Part shown: in pieces, positions 19,642 to 34,000 of the stretch
Numbering within the stretch: the stretch's first letter is position 1
Layout of the letters: each line of letters begins with the position of its first letter
Assembly (NCBI GenBank): GCA_951812955.1
Contig: OX638340.1
Location: 2,464,001-2,528,000 of the forward strand
Source: an uncultured Gemmatimonadota bacterium
GTDB lineage: Bacteria; JAAXHH01
Direction of reading: 5' to 3'
Length of the DNA: 64,000 nucleotides
The notes under the pieces: generated by a model
What the model was told of the DNA's origin: nothing
The model's input: only the letters and a program-made list of their open reading frames with translations
Databases searched by the model: none
Program-made: the position numbers and the translations under genes

Positions 19642-19806
19642 CTATTCTCCCCAGTCTTCTTCTTCTTCCGGCGCCAACTCCAATTCCAGCGGACTGACGC
19701 TGATTACCTCGAGCTCCGCGCCGCATTCTTCACACTCCAGGATTTCGCCTTCAACGACATCATCGTCCACGTTGACAGCGGCGCCACACTCCGGGCAGGT
19801 TCCCAT
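19642..19806 (-). CDS. lysW: amino-group carrier protein LysW (54 aa; start at MGTCPECG)
   Basis: MGTCPECGAAVNV...ECEECGAELEVISVSPLELELAPEEEEDWGE, a zinc-ribbon with the characteristic C-terminal EDWGE. Confidence 0.85.
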   Translation of the reverse strand: MGTCPECGAAVNVDDDVVEGEILECEECGAELEVISVSPLELELAPEEEEDWGE

Positions 19807-19906
19807 GATATCCCCCGAATTACCTGGACATAGCCCAGTACTGAAACCCATTCCAGGGTCCTTTTACCCCATCGGGAAGGGCCCCGGTCCATGCTGGAAC
19901 GGTCGA

Positions 19907-19934
19907 AATATATGGCGCGGTTAAACCGTGTCAA
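19907..19934 (-). promoter_or_regulatory. candidate sigma70 promoter for lysW (TTGACA, 16 nt, TATATT)
   Basis: hexamers read on the minus strand about 95 nt upstream of the lysW start. Confidence 0.4.
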
Positions 19935-19940
19935 GCGCTT

Positions 19941-22439
19941 TTATGAAGGATTTTCGTCCGTCTCCCCGGTGGATTCGTCCGCTGCGGCCGACGCCGATTC
20001 GTCATCTTCCTCGCCGGGCGTAATCCTGGACACGTCGATCACCCGGTCCCCCTCGTCGAGGTTGATGAGCCGGACACCCTGGGTATTCCGGCCGATGGGT
20101 CGCAGGTCGCGGACAGGCAGGCGTATGATGAGGCCTTTCGTGGTGATAATCATCAGTTCGTCTTCGTCGGAGACGGCGTGAATCGACACGACGGGACCGT
20201 TGCGTTCGCTGGTGCGTATGTTGCTCACGCCCTTGCTGTGCCGGCGGGTCAGCCGGTAGCTCGCGATGTCCGTCCGCTTACCGTAGCCGTTTTCCGTCAC
20301 GGAAAGCAGCGTGGTGTCCCGTCCGGACGCCAGCATGCCCACGACCCGGTCGTCTTCGCCGAGGCGAATGCCACGCACTCCCTGTGCGCCGCGGCCCATC
20401 GTCCGGACATCGCTCTCGTGAAAACGGACGGCCTGGCCATTCCGGCTGGCGATGACGATGTCGTTGCCTCCATCGGTAAGCAGGGCCTCGATGAGGGCGT
20501 CGCCCTCGAGGATGTTCAGTGCAACGATGCCGTTCCGGCGGGGATTCCCATAAGCGGAAAGAACGGTCTTCTTCACGAGACCACCCCGCGTAACCATCAT
20601 GATGTAGTGGTCGTCGTCGAACGTCCTGATCGGCAGGAAGGCCGCAATACTCTCGCCCTGGCCGAGCTGCAGCAGGTTGACCACGGCCTTGCCACGGGCC
20701 GTGCGTCCGGCTTCGGGGATCTCCCACACCTTGAGCCAGTAACACTTACCTCGGTTCGTGAAGAACAGGATATAGGAATGGGTCGAGGCGGAGAAGAGGT
20801 GCTCCACGAAGTCCTCTTCACGGGTCTTCATGCCGGTGATCCCCTTGCCGCCGCGGTTCTGGCTGCGATAGGTGTCCATGGGCAGGCGCTTGACGTAGCC
20901 GGCGTGGGAGATGGTGATGACCATTTCCTCGTCGGCGATCAGGTCCTCGATGCTGAGATCGCCTTCGATGTCGATCAACTCGGTCCGTCTTTCATCGCCG
21001 TAGCGTTCCTTCAGGTCGAGCATCTCTTCCTTGATGATCTGCATCCGGCGATCCAGGCGTGAGAGGATATCCCGGAAATCGGCGATCCGGGCGACCAGTT
21101 CGTTGTATTCTTCCTCGAGCTTGTCCCTTTCCAGTCCGGTCAGGCGCTGCAGGCGCATGTCCAGGATGGCCTCGACCTGGGCACGGGACAGTCCGAACTC
21201 GTCCACCAGGATCTCCATGGCCTCCTCGCCGGTACGCGACCCGCGGAGGATTTCGATCACGCGGTCCACGTTGTCCAGCGCGATGCGCAGACCTTCCACG
21301 ATGTGGGCCCGTTGCTCGGCCTTCTCGAGGTCGAAGGTGGTCCGGCGCACCAGCACCTCGTGACGGTGGTCGATGAAGTGCTGAATGCATTCCTTGATGT
21401 TCAGGACGCGGGGACGTCCGTCCACGAGCGCCAGCATGGTGACGCCGATGGTGGTCTCGAGCGACGTCATCTTGAAGAGGTGGTTCAGTACGATTGTGCC
21501 CGGGATATCCCGCCGCACGTCGATGGCGATGCGCAGACCCGACCGGTCGGACTCGTCCCGTATATCGGTAATGCCCAGTATCTGCTTTTCACGGACGAGG
21601 TCGGCGATCTTCTCGATCAGGCTGGCCTTGTTGACCTTGTACGGGATTTCCGTGATGACGATGGTTTCCTTCTCGCTTTGCTCATGAAGCTCGATCTCCG
21701 TGCGGGCGCGCACCTTGATCTTGCCGCGGCCGGTGTGGAAATACTCTTTAATCGCGTTGCGGCCGTATATGATCGCGCCGGTGGCAAGATCGGGACCCTG
21801 GATGTGTCCGGCGATCTCATCGATCGTGATTTCCGGGTTCTCGATCACCGCCACCATCCCATCCACCACCTCGCTGAGGTTATGGGAAGGCAGGTTGGAT
21901 GCCATGCCCACGCCAATACCGAGCGACCCGTTGCAAAGCAGGTTGGGGAACTTGCCCGGAAGCACCGTCGGCTCGTCTTTCGACTCGTCGTAGTTGGGCA
22001 TGAAATCGACGGTGTTCTTGTCGATATCCTCCATCATCTCGATGGCCAGGCGGGACATCCTCGATTCGGTGTACCGCATGGCGCCCGGGGGATCGCCGTC
22101 TATGGAACCGAAATTCCCCTGTCCGAAGACCATGGGGTAACGCATGCTGAACGGCTGGGCCATCCGCGCGAGGGTGTCGTATACGGCCAGGTCTCCGTGG
22201 GGATGGTAATCACCGATCGTCTGGCCGACGATCTTGGCGCATTTCCGCGTGGGCCGTCCCGGTGTGAGGTTCAGGTCGCGCATCGCCACGAGTATGCGTC
22301 GCTGGGACGGTTTGAACCCGTCGCGGACGTCCGGAATCGCCCGTGACAGATTCACACTCATGGAGAAGTCGAGATAGGAACTCTTCATCTCGTCTTCGAT
22401 GAAGATGGGCTGAATATTGTCGTGTTGTTCTACCGCCAT
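19941..22439 (-). CDS. gyrA: DNA gyrase subunit A
   Basis: 832 aa; active-site region AMRYTE; GyrA box. Confidence 0.95.
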   Translation of the reverse strand: MAVEQHDNIQPIFIEDEMKSSYLDFSMSVNLSRAIPDVRDGFKPSQRRILVAMRDLNLTPGRPTRKCAKIVGQTIGDYHPHGDLAVYDTLARMAQPFSMRYPMVFGQGNFGSIDGDPPGAMRYTESRMSRLAIEMMEDIDKNTVDFMPNYDESKDEPTVLPGKFPNLLCNGSLGIGVGMASNLPSHNLSEVVDGMVAVIENPEITIDEIAGHIQGPDLATGAIIYGRNAIKEYFHTGRGKIKVRARTEIELHEQSEKETIVITEIPYKVNKASLIEKIADLVREKQILGITDIRDESDRSGLRIAIDVRRDIPGTIVLNHLFKMTSLETTIGVTMLALVDGRPRVLNIKECIQHFIDHRHEVLVRRTTFDLEKAEQRAHIVEGLRIALDNVDRVIEILRGSRTGEEAMEILVDEFGLSRAQVEAILDMRLQRLTGLERDKLEEEYNELVARIADFRDILSRLDRRMQIIKEEMLDLKERYGDERRTELIDIEGDLSIEDLIADEEMVITISHAGYVKRLPMDTYRSQNRGGKGITGMKTREEDFVEHLFSASTHSYILFFTNRGKCYWLKVWEIPEAGRTARGKAVVNLLQLGQGESIAAFLPIRTFDDDHYIMMVTRGGLVKKTVLSAYGNPRRNGIVALNILEGDALIEALLTDGGNDIVIASRNGQAVRFHESDVRTMGRGAQGVRGIRLGEDDRVVGMLASGRDTTLLSVTENGYGKRTDIASYRLTRRHSKGVSNIRTSERNGPVVSIHAVSDEDELMIITTKGLIIRLPVRDLRPIGRNTQGVRLINLDEGDRVIDVSRITPGEEDDESASAAADESTGETDENPS

Positions 22440-22495
22440 GCTTTCCCCTTGAACTTGTTATCCCGCGTTCCGGGCGTGCCAGGCAAGCGCCGGTA

Positions 22496-25185
<2,690 letters not shown>

Positions 25186-25194
25186 GCCCGAGTC

Positions 25195-26304
25195 TCAGTC
25201 ATAAGGCGTCACCGCGCCTTCGTGGACGCGGAAACGGGTAATCCCGCGCCGGTAGTCCCCGATATCGCTTTCTTTGGCCGTCGTAATGAAGGTCTGGCCG
25301 TACGTGGGAACCATTTCCATCAGGCGGCCCGTCCTGGCAGCGTCGATCTCCGCGAAGATGTCATCGAGAAGCAGCAGCGGGGGGGCCTGCAACTGGCGCC
25401 AGAGAAAGCGGGCTTCCGCCAGCTTCAGGGCCGTCGCCGCCGTCTTGTGCTGCCCCTGCGATCCAAATGTCTGCAGCGACACCCCGTTCATCCGGATGGA
25501 CAGGTCGTCCCGGTGCGGCCCCACCTCCGTCATGCCCCGCGCCCGTTCCCGGGACGCGGCACGGTCCAGCGCCTCCTCGAAGGCGGCCTCGATATCGGCC
25601 AGGGCCTCGAAATCGAAGGATGGCGCATAGCCGATCTCCAGTCGCTCCGCGTCTTCACTGACGGAGGCGTGAATACCCGACGCTTCATCCTTCAGGTCCG
25701 CGATCACTTCCACCCGTTTCCTCATGATGCGGCTGCCAAGCTCGACAAGCGGCACGTTCCATACTTCGAGGTCTCCCATCCTTCCCGGGTTCTCCTGTAA
25801 CGCACGCAAGGCCTCGTTGCGTTGGCGGACCACCCGTCTGTACTCCTGCAGGGCGGAAAGATACGCCGCGTTGGACTGCGAGATCGCAATGTCCAGAAAA
25901 CGCCGGCGTGAACTCGGCGAGCCCTGGACGAGCCTCCGGTCGTCCGGTGAAATCACCACGGCTGCCAGGATGCCGTACAGATCCGACAGGTTCCGCCGGG
26001 GAGACTCGTTTACGAATACCTTCTTTCCCGCCTGGCGGGCGTACCTGATCTGCACCTCGACCTCCCTGCCCTCCGCCGACCGCCCCGTTCCCTGTATCAG
26101 GAAATGGTCCGATCCCATGCGCACGAGATCCCGGTCCTGTGACTCGCGGCAGGAACGGGCCACGCATAGGTAGTAAATCGCCTCCAGGAGGTTGGTCTTG
26201 CCCTGGCCGTTCGTTCCGATAAAAACATTTGTCTGTAAATCACAGGCCAGCGACAGGTCCGTGTAATTCCTGAAATGGCGGAGGTCCAGCCCTTGCAGGT
26301 GCAC
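25195..26304 (-). CDS. recF: DNA replication and repair protein RecF
   Basis: Walker A GTNGQGKTNLLEA; SMC-like. Confidence 0.9.
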   Translation of the reverse strand: MHLQGLDLRHFRNYTDLSLACDLQTNVFIGTNGQGKTNLLEAIYYLCVARSCRESQDRDLVRMGSDHFLIQGTGRSAEGREVEVQIRYARQAGKKVFVNESPRRNLSDLYGILAAVVISPDDRRLVQGSPSSRRRFLDIAISQSNAAYLSALQEYRRVVRQRNEALRALQENPGRMGDLEVWNVPLVELGSRIMRKRVEVIADLKDEASGIHASVSEDAERLEIGYAPSFDFEALADIEAAFEEALDRAASRERARGMTEVGPHRDDLSIRMNGVSLQTFGSQGQHKTAATALKLAEARFLWRQLQAPPLLLLDDIFAEIDAARTGRLMEMVPTYGQTFITTAKESDIGDYRRGITRFRVHEGAVTPYD

Positions 26305-26306
26305 CT

Positions 26307-27437
26307 TTAACTTTCCGGTTCGGTCGTTCTAAAGGGCATGATCAGGCACTGGTAGTCCTCGCCCTCCGCTTCTTCTTTGGAAGGGGTGATGATCCCCGCG
26401 CTGACGGGTGAATCGAGTTTGAAAACCACTTCGTCGCTCTCGATCCGTTCCACGACATCGAGCAGATACCGGAAGTCGTAGGTCGTATCCATGGCTTCAC
26501 CTTCGTATTCGGCCGGCACTTCCTCCCGGGCTTCTCCGCCGATGTCATGGCTGGACGAACTCAATTCGACGAACCCCGGCCGGAACGAATACCGAATCTG
26601 CCGGGTGGAGGGGTTGGACAGGACGGACACCCGACGGACGGCGCTTTCCAGTTCTTCGCGGTTCACCTTGACCACCTTGTCGTTCCCCGTGGGAATAACC
26701 CGTTCGTAATCCGGATAGGTCGCTTCGATCAGCCTGGCGAACAGCTGGGCGTTCTCGAGTTCGAAATGGACGTGGTTCTGGCCGATCGTGATGCGGGACG
26801 GCGTATCCGATTCTCCGATGAGGCGCGAGAGGTTGTTCAGCGCTTTTGGCGGCACGATGATCCCCTCCGTGCCCTCATCGGAAACATCACAGGGGAGGGT
26901 CGTCTTGGCCAGGCGGTGCCCATCGGTTGCCACCATCCGGACGGCGCCTCTGCCTATGCGCAGGAAAGCGCCCCACAGACTCGGGTGTATCTCGTCCTTC
27001 GATACCGCATACACTGTCTTGCGGATCAACCGCTGCAACGAAGACGCCGGCAGGGAAATGGTCTGATCCGAAGGCAGATCGGGCATCGCCGGGTACTCTT
27101 CCTTGCTGATGCCCACCAGGCGGAACACCCCCCTGTCGCACCTGACCGTCACCTTGACCCCGTCCACCTCGATATCCACGGGCGCATCTGGTAACTCGCG
27201 CACCATCTCCGCGAATTTCCTTCCGGGCACCGTGATAGAGCCTCCCTCCGTTATCTGGGCGGGTATCTTCGTCACGATGAATATATCCAGATCGGTGGCC
27301 CCTATCGTCAGGTGGCCATCTTCGGTCTCGAGCAGCAAGTTGGACAGGATGGGCAGGGTGGACTTCGGTGGGACGACATTCAGGACGGTCTGTATACCGC
27401 TCATCAGCGTGGAACTGGCCGGTATGGTGATCTTCAC
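26307..27437 (-). CDS. dnaN: DNA polymerase III beta sliding clamp (GTG start with AAGGAG SD; the upstream ATG of the ORF track is rejected)
   Basis: VKITIPASS...TLPILSNLLLE is typical of DnaN; AAGGAG 7 nt upstream of the GTG. Confidence 0.9.
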   Translation of the reverse strand: MKITIPASSTLMSGIQTVLNVVPPKSTLPILSNLLLETEDGHLTIGATDLDIFIVTKIPAQITEGGSITVPGRKFAEMVRELPDAPVDIEVDGVKVTVRCDRGVFRLVGISKEEYPAMPDLPSDQTISLPASSLQRLIRKTVYAVSKDEIHPSLWGAFLRIGRGAVRMVATDGHRLAKTTLPCDVSDEGTEGIIVPPKALNNLSRLIGESDTPSRITIGQNHVHFELENAQLFARLIEATYPDYERVIPTGNDKVVKVNREELESAVRRVSVLSNPSTRQIRYSFRPGFVELSSSSHDIGGEAREEVPAEYEGEAMDTTYDFRYLLDVVERIESDEVVFKLDSPVSAGIITPSKEEAEGEDYQCLIMPFRTTEPES

Positions 27438-27599
27438 AGAGGTACTCCTTTGGGCAATCGTCGCCGGTTGCCTTGTTCGATGCACTCGGCATGGAATGAA
27501 CAAAGGCCGCAATTTGTACAGTAACCTTTTACCACTATTGAATATTATAAAGAAAACAGGAGGCAGTACGCAAGGGATTTGTGAGGCAAATCCTACTTC

Positions 27600-28140
27600 A
27601 TGTTGTATAACGGCGTGGGTAGTCCACTGAAAAAGTACAATATATTGTGTATATGTATTAATATAGTATGAGTATATAAGAAAGACATAATACTAATAAA
27701 GGATGTGGATATGTGCATAAGTGCGTCATATGGATGATAACCACCAATTAAATCAGTTAATTACGTAAAAAACACCATGTGGAAAAAGTAGCACCTAAAC
27801 AGATGTTTATCCACACTTATCCACACACTAAAGACCAGGTACGGCAAAAACACCCGTTTATACACATTGCATCGACAATTCCTATACCCTTATCCCCCGG
27901 GTTATCCACATTAAATACAGCCCCGAATGGGCCTGTTGCGTACATGAACTGACCCGCACCGCTACGTGGCCGTTCCGTCCGGATCGGAAGCCTATCCACA
28001 TCGAGGTCGGATTCCCGTAGTGGATAGGTGTGGAAACTTCGGAAACACAGCGAGTAAACTCTTGTCGGAGAGGAGGTTATGATAGTCTTATATTGTCAAC
28101 AAAATGTGGATAACCACCAACTTATCCACATCGTGGTGGG
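27600..28140. promoter_or_regulatory. oriC: oriC: DnaA-box cluster plus AT-rich DNA unwinding element between dnaA and dnaN
   Basis: perfect TTATCCACA at 27807-15, 27817-25, 27902-10 and 28122-30; TGTGGATAA at 28105-13; one-mismatch boxes at 27704-12, 27982-90 and 28019-27; about 70 bp of near-pure A/T at 27636-27700. Confidence 0.7.
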
Positions 28141-28180
28141 GGAATTGCCTGGTTGGAGAGGGTGTTGAACGGCAGGCGGG

Positions 28181-29542
<1,362 letters not shown>

Positions 29543-29796
29543 TGCGTATTACCTTGTGGACCGAAGGAAATGGAATGCCCGTGAACGGACCGGTGGAATC
29601 CCGGTCCGAAAACATACTCGTACGCTCGCATGTTACATGCTAAATTGTTGTAATTACTACATTTAAGGTGGTGTTTGGTACTACAACAAATCCACGGCAG
29701 GCGGAAACGTTGCGGGTAGTATCTGAACAATAGTATGTAACGCGAAGCGGGTGCTGTCAAGATTAATATCGAAAAGATTTGCGCCTTCTCGATTAC

Positions 29797-29825
29797 CAAA
29801 AACAACTTGACAAAATCGCGATCGC
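29797..29825 (+). promoter_or_regulatory. sigma70 promoter for rpmH (TTGACA, 17 nt, TATTAT)
   Basis: hexamers read directly about 60 nt upstream of the rpmH start. Confidence 0.5.
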
Positions 29826-29884
29826 CCGGTATTATCGAGGGCTGTTATTTTTAAGAAAAAAGCAGGAAATACCGGGAGTAAACG

Positions 29885-30019
29885 ATGAAGCGGACCTTTC
29901 AACCGAGCAATCTCAAGCGGCACCGCAGGCACGGCTTTCGTCGAAGGATGAGCACCAAGGCGGGACGGCTGATTCTGAATCGCCGCCGCGCCAAGGGAAG
30001 GACCCGCGTTGCCGTTTAG
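29885..30019 (+). CDS. rpmH: 50S ribosomal protein L34 (44 aa); absent from the ORF track
   Basis: [44 protein letters not shown]. Confidence 0.85.
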   Translation: MKRTFQPSNLKRHRRHGFRRRMSTKAGRLILNRRRAKGRTRVAV

Positions 30020-30090
30020 GCGCCGCCCGAGTGCGGCAGGACCGATGTGCCATGGCCGCCGGTTCCCGACGTTTCCCCCAAGACGAACGC

Positions 30091-30423
30091 ATGAGACACC
30101 GGTGGGAGTTCGAACGAGTCAGGAAGAGCGGGCAGACCGTCCGGGGACGTTCAATGATCCTGTCCCTGGCCCCCTGCCCGGACCGGCTTGAACGCCGGGT
30201 CGGATTCGTCGTGACCAGGCGCTACCGCGGAGCGGTCAAGCGTAATCTGGTCCGCCGGAGAATGCGAGAGATCTACCGGCTGAACAGAAGCCGTCTGAAG
30301 AGGGGGATGCATCTGGTGCTCATCGCCCGAAGTCCCGGGCAGGAAGCAACGTACCGCCAGATGAACGAAGAGTTCCTGTCCCTCTACCGTACCGCGGTGA
30401 CACGCATATGTGGAAAAGGCTGA
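30091..30423 (+). CDS. rnpA: ribonuclease P protein component (start [10 protein letters not shown]; the ORF-track 214-aa form is an upstream artefact)
   Basis: RnpA-like basic protein in the conserved rpmH-rnpA-yidD-yidC position. Confidence 0.8.
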   Translation: MRHRWEFERVRKSGQTVRGRSMILSLAPCPDRLERRVGFVVTRRYRGAVKRNLVRRRMREIYRLNRSRLKRGMHLVLIARSPGQEATYRQMNEEFLSLYRTAVTRICGKG

Positions 30424-30662
30424 CCACGGCAATCACGACCACGCTCGTCTGGGGTGTCCGCGGATACCAACTCGCCGTATCCCCGCTCCTTCCGCCAAGT
30501 TGCAGGTTTACCCCCACCTGTTCAAAGTACGCCATCGAAGCGCTGGAACGAAAGGGCCCGTTCAACGGAACCTGGCTGGCCGTGCGAAGACTGCTGCGTT
30601 GCCATCCCTTTCACCCGGGCGGTTTCGATCCGGTTGATCGACCGGGTGAACCAGGTGGTTGA
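30408..30662 (+). CDS. yidD: membrane protein insertion efficiency factor YidD
   Basis: [29 protein letters not shown] is the YidD signature. Confidence 0.8.
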   Translation: MWKRLTTAITTTLVWGVRGYQLAVSPLLPPSCRFTPTCSKYAIEALERKGPFNGTWLAVRRLLRCHPFHPGGFDPVDRPGEPGG

Positions 30663-30773
30663 GGTGGTAGAATCGAACCGGACGGCTGAAGCGGTTGAAG
30701 CGGCCCAGGCGGCTTAGGCGGACCACTCGATTAGCCGCAGGCCACGGCTTGAAACCCTGGAATCACATCGACA

Positions 30774-32540
30774 ATGGAAAAACGGGTACTCGGCGCATTC
30801 GGGCTCATCATACTGACCTGGATCGGTTATTACTACATTATATATCCCATGTACGCGCCCGATCTTCCTCCTCCGGTCGACCGGACGATTACGCAGGAGC
30901 AGCCGGGAGACTTTGCGACTGGGGATGGACCGGTGGGAGACTTTCCCGCTGGAGAGACCGAGGTACCGGCATTTGACGCCCCGGCGGACGCCGCAAGGCA
31001 GGAGCCGGTGCGGACGCCGTCCGCCCGTAACACATCCACCCCTCGACCCGAACAGGCCGCGGAAAGCTGGGACCGTTCGGAGCGCGTGCTGTATCTCCCC
31101 TCTGCCGAAAACGCCGCCGAACCCCGTGAAATTGTCGTAGAGAACCAGTACTACCGCGGTGTGATCAGCACGGTGGGAGGCGTCATAACCAGTTGGAAAC
31201 TAAAGGGATATAGAGGAATCGGCGGGGACGACGTGGAACTCATCCCACCCGATCGCGAAACCGGCCCCGATATCGTGCTCACCACGGAGCGGGGACCTCG
31301 CAGCACCCGCGCCCTTCGCTTCACCGCGGACCGCGACGCGGTCGTGCTGGGTCCCGGGCAGGCCTCGGGATCGCTCACGCTCACGGCCGATACGCCTGGA
31401 GGGCTCTCCGTTACCAAGGTATTCGTGATCAACCGGGACGACTACGCCGTGGACCTCCAGGTGAAGCTAAGCGGCGGGGAGAACCTGCTCCTGGGCAGCA
31501 AGTACTATCTCCGGTGGGGCGGCGGAATCAGCGTGACGGAGAAGGACTGGGACCAGGACCTTTACGCCTTTCGGGGTTTCGCTTCGCTCAACGACACGGT
31601 GATCGATGAAGACCTCGGTAGCGAGCTGGAAGACCCCAGGCCCGAGACCACGGGCGAGACCCACTGGGTCGGCGTCCGTAGCAAGTATTTCTTCACCGCC
31701 ATGGTGCCCGTGGACCGGAAGGCCAGGGGCTACCGGCTGAACGGCCGGCCCGTGCAGCGCCCGCAATACGACGACCGGCAGATCGCCGCGGAGCTGTCCA
31801 TGGGGCTTGCGTCTCCGCTTGTGGACAACTTCCTCCTCTACCTCGGACCGGTTCACTACGATACCCTGGAACAGTACGGATACGGCCTCGAGGGCGCCGT
31901 CGACCTCGGATGGGCGATCATTCAGCCCATCAGCCGGATCACGCTCATTTCGCTGGTCTGGCTGCACCAGTTCATTACCAATTACGGCGTCGTCATCATG
32001 GTGCTGTCCTTCATCGTGAAGCTCCTGCTCTTCCCGCTGACCCACAAGAGCATGAAGGCCACCCAGGGCATGGCCGCGCTTCAACCGAAAATGGAATCCC
32101 TCAAGGAGAAGTTCAAGAACGATTCGACCAAGCTGAACCAGGAGATGATGAAGCTGTACCGGGAAGCGGGGGTGAACCCCCTGGGCGGCTGCCTGCCCCT
32201 GCTGCTGCAGATGCCGATCCTCATTGCGCTCTATACCATCTTCAACAGCACGATAGAACTGAGGGACGCGCCTTTCGTGGGGTGGATCCAGGATCTGTCC
32301 CTGATGGATCCGTACTACGTGCTGCCTGTCCTCATGGCGGCCACGATGCTGCTGCAGTCCAAGATGACGATGAAGGACCCCCGGCAGGCCATGTTCGTCT
32401 ACATCATGCCCGCGGTGCTGTTTTTCATCATGATGAACCTGCCTTCCGGCCTGATCCTGTACTGGACCATGATCAACGTGCTGACCATCGCGCAGCAGGC
32501 GATACAGAACCGGTTCTTCCCGGTTCAACCCGCGAAATGA
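30774..32540 (+). CDS. yidC: membrane protein insertase YidC
   Basis: 588 aa; periplasmic domain plus a 60-kDa inner membrane insertase C-terminal core. Confidence 0.9.
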   Translation: MEKRVLGAFGLIILTWIGYYYIIYPMYAPDLPPPVDRTITQEQPGDFATGDGPVGDFPAGETEVPAFDAPADAARQEPVRTPSARNTSTPRPEQAAESWDRSERVLYLPSAENAAEPREIVVENQYYRGVISTVGGVITSWKLKGYRGIGGDDVELIPPDRETGPDIVLTTERGPRSTRALRFTADRDAVVLGPGQASGSLTLTADTPGGLSVTKVFVINRDDYAVDLQVKLSGGENLLLGSKYYLRWGGGISVTEKDWDQDLYAFRGFASLNDTVIDEDLGSELEDPRPETTGETHWVGVRSKYFFTAMVPVDRKARGYRLNGRPVQRPQYDDRQIAAELSMGLASPLVDNFLLYLGPVHYDTLEQYGYGLEGAVDLGWAIIQPISRITLISLVWLHQFITNYGVVIMVLSFIVKLLLFPLTHKSMKATQGMAALQPKMESLKEKFKNDSTKLNQEMMKLYREAGVNPLGGCLPLLLQMPILIALYTIFNSTIELRDAPFVGWIQDLSLMDPYYVLPVLMAATMLLQSKMTMKDPRQAMFVYIMPAVLFFIMMNLPSGLILYWTMINVLTIAQQAIQNRFFPVQPAK

Positions 32541-32590
32541 CGCGCCCGCAATGCACTGGGCGCCTGGGTGCGGCACGCCCCGATAATCCC

Positions 32591-33973
32591 ATGGACTCGC
32601 AGGCCCCGAACGATACGATTGCCGCGATAGGCACGCCGCCCGGCGAGGGCGGTCTGTGCGTGGTGCGCATGAGCGGCCCCGACGCTTTCTCCATTGCCGA
32701 CAGGGTGTTCGGCGGTGCCACCCGGCCTTCCGCGTGCGTGACGCACACCATACATCACGGACACGTCGTCGACCCCGGTACCCGCGAATGGGTCGATGAA
32801 GTGCTTATGTCCGTGTTCAGGGCGCCTCGCACCTACACGCGGGAGGACCTGGTAGAATTCAGCGGTCACGGCGGCATGGTGCCAGGAAGTATGATCCTGG
32901 ATGTGCTGATCCGCTCGGGCGCCAGGCTGGCGGAACCTGGCGAGTTTACAAAACGCGCCTTTCTCAACGGGAGGATCGACCTGCTGCAGGCGGAAGCGGT
33001 GGGCGAGTTAATCAGGGCGCGGACCGATGCCTGTGCGCGGGCGGCACTCAGGCAGTTGAACGGGACCTGCTCGCAACAGATCGACGGATTCAGGATAGAA
33101 CTGATTCAAATAATTGCAAATATTGAAGTAACACTTGATTTCACCGAAGAGGGACTCCCCGAAATGTCGCCGCGGACCTTCGTGGAACAGCTGCGACCCG
33201 TCAAGGTAGCGCTGGACCGCCTCATCAGGTCATCCCGCGAGACGCGCGTACTGCGCGACGGGATCCGGATCGCGTTACTCGGCAGACCCAACGTGGGCAA
33301 GTCCAGCCTGCTCAACATGCTGACGTCGCGGGACCGGGCGATCGTACATCCCGAATCCGGGACGACGCGGGATACCATCGAGGAAAACGTCGATATCCAA
33401 GGTGTGCCCGTCGTTTTCGTGGATACGGCAGGCATCCGGATTACGTCTGATATGGTAGAACAGCAGGGCGTTACACGGTCGCAAAGGGAACTGGAGCAGG
33501 CCGACATTCCCGTTTTGGTCTTCGACGCTTCGTTTCCACCGGATGACGATGACCGGCGACTGGCAGCGCAGTTGTCCGGGCGGACGGGTGTGTTTATATT
33601 GAATAAGTGCGATCTGGATTCTTACGATCCGGACGCCTATGCAGGATTACTGTCGGGTGGCCGATCGGTCCGGACCTCAGCGTTAAACGGAGCAGGCCTG
33701 GAAGACCTGTTGGAGGCGATATTCGAGATTGCGCAATTCGATCCCTCCAGCTTCGAGTCGGGACTCGTAGTCAATGCCCGTCAGGGTGAGTTGCTTGACC
33801 GGGCAAAAGCCAGCCTCGAACGAGGTATCGAAGTCCTGGAAGAAGGATCAGGTGCTGAAATGGCCGCCGTCGATTTGCGAGAATGCGTGCATCAGCTTGG
33901 TGTGCTCGTGGGCAAAGAAATCGGCGATGCGGTTTTGGACCATGTATTCTCCAGGTTCTGCATCGGTAAATAA
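32591..33973 (+). CDS. mnmE: tRNA modification GTPase MnmE (start MDSQAPNDTIAAIGTPPGEG)
   Basis: G-domain motifs; C-terminal CIGK. Confidence 0.9.
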   Translation: MDSQAPNDTIAAIGTPPGEGGLCVVRMSGPDAFSIADRVFGGATRPSACVTHTIHHGHVVDPGTREWVDEVLMSVFRAPRTYTREDLVEFSGHGGMVPGSMILDVLIRSGARLAEPGEFTKRAFLNGRIDLLQAEAVGELIRARTDACARAALRQLNGTCSQQIDGFRIELIQIIANIEVTLDFTEEGLPEMSPRTFVEQLRPVKVALDRLIRSSRETRVLRDGIRIALLGRPNVGKSSLLNMLTSRDRAIVHPESGTTRDTIEENVDIQGVPVVFVDTAGIRITSDMVEQQGVTRSQRELEQADIPVLVFDASFPPDDDDRRLAAQLSGRTGVFILNKCDLDSYDPDAYAGLLSGGRSVRTSALNGAGLEDLLEAIFEIAQFDPSSFESGLVVNARQGELLDRAKASLERGIEVLEEGSGAEMAAVDLRECVHQLGVLVGKEIGDAVLDHVFSRFCIGK

Positions 33974-34000
33974 TGTTCCACGTGAAACAGGGGCCATGCA

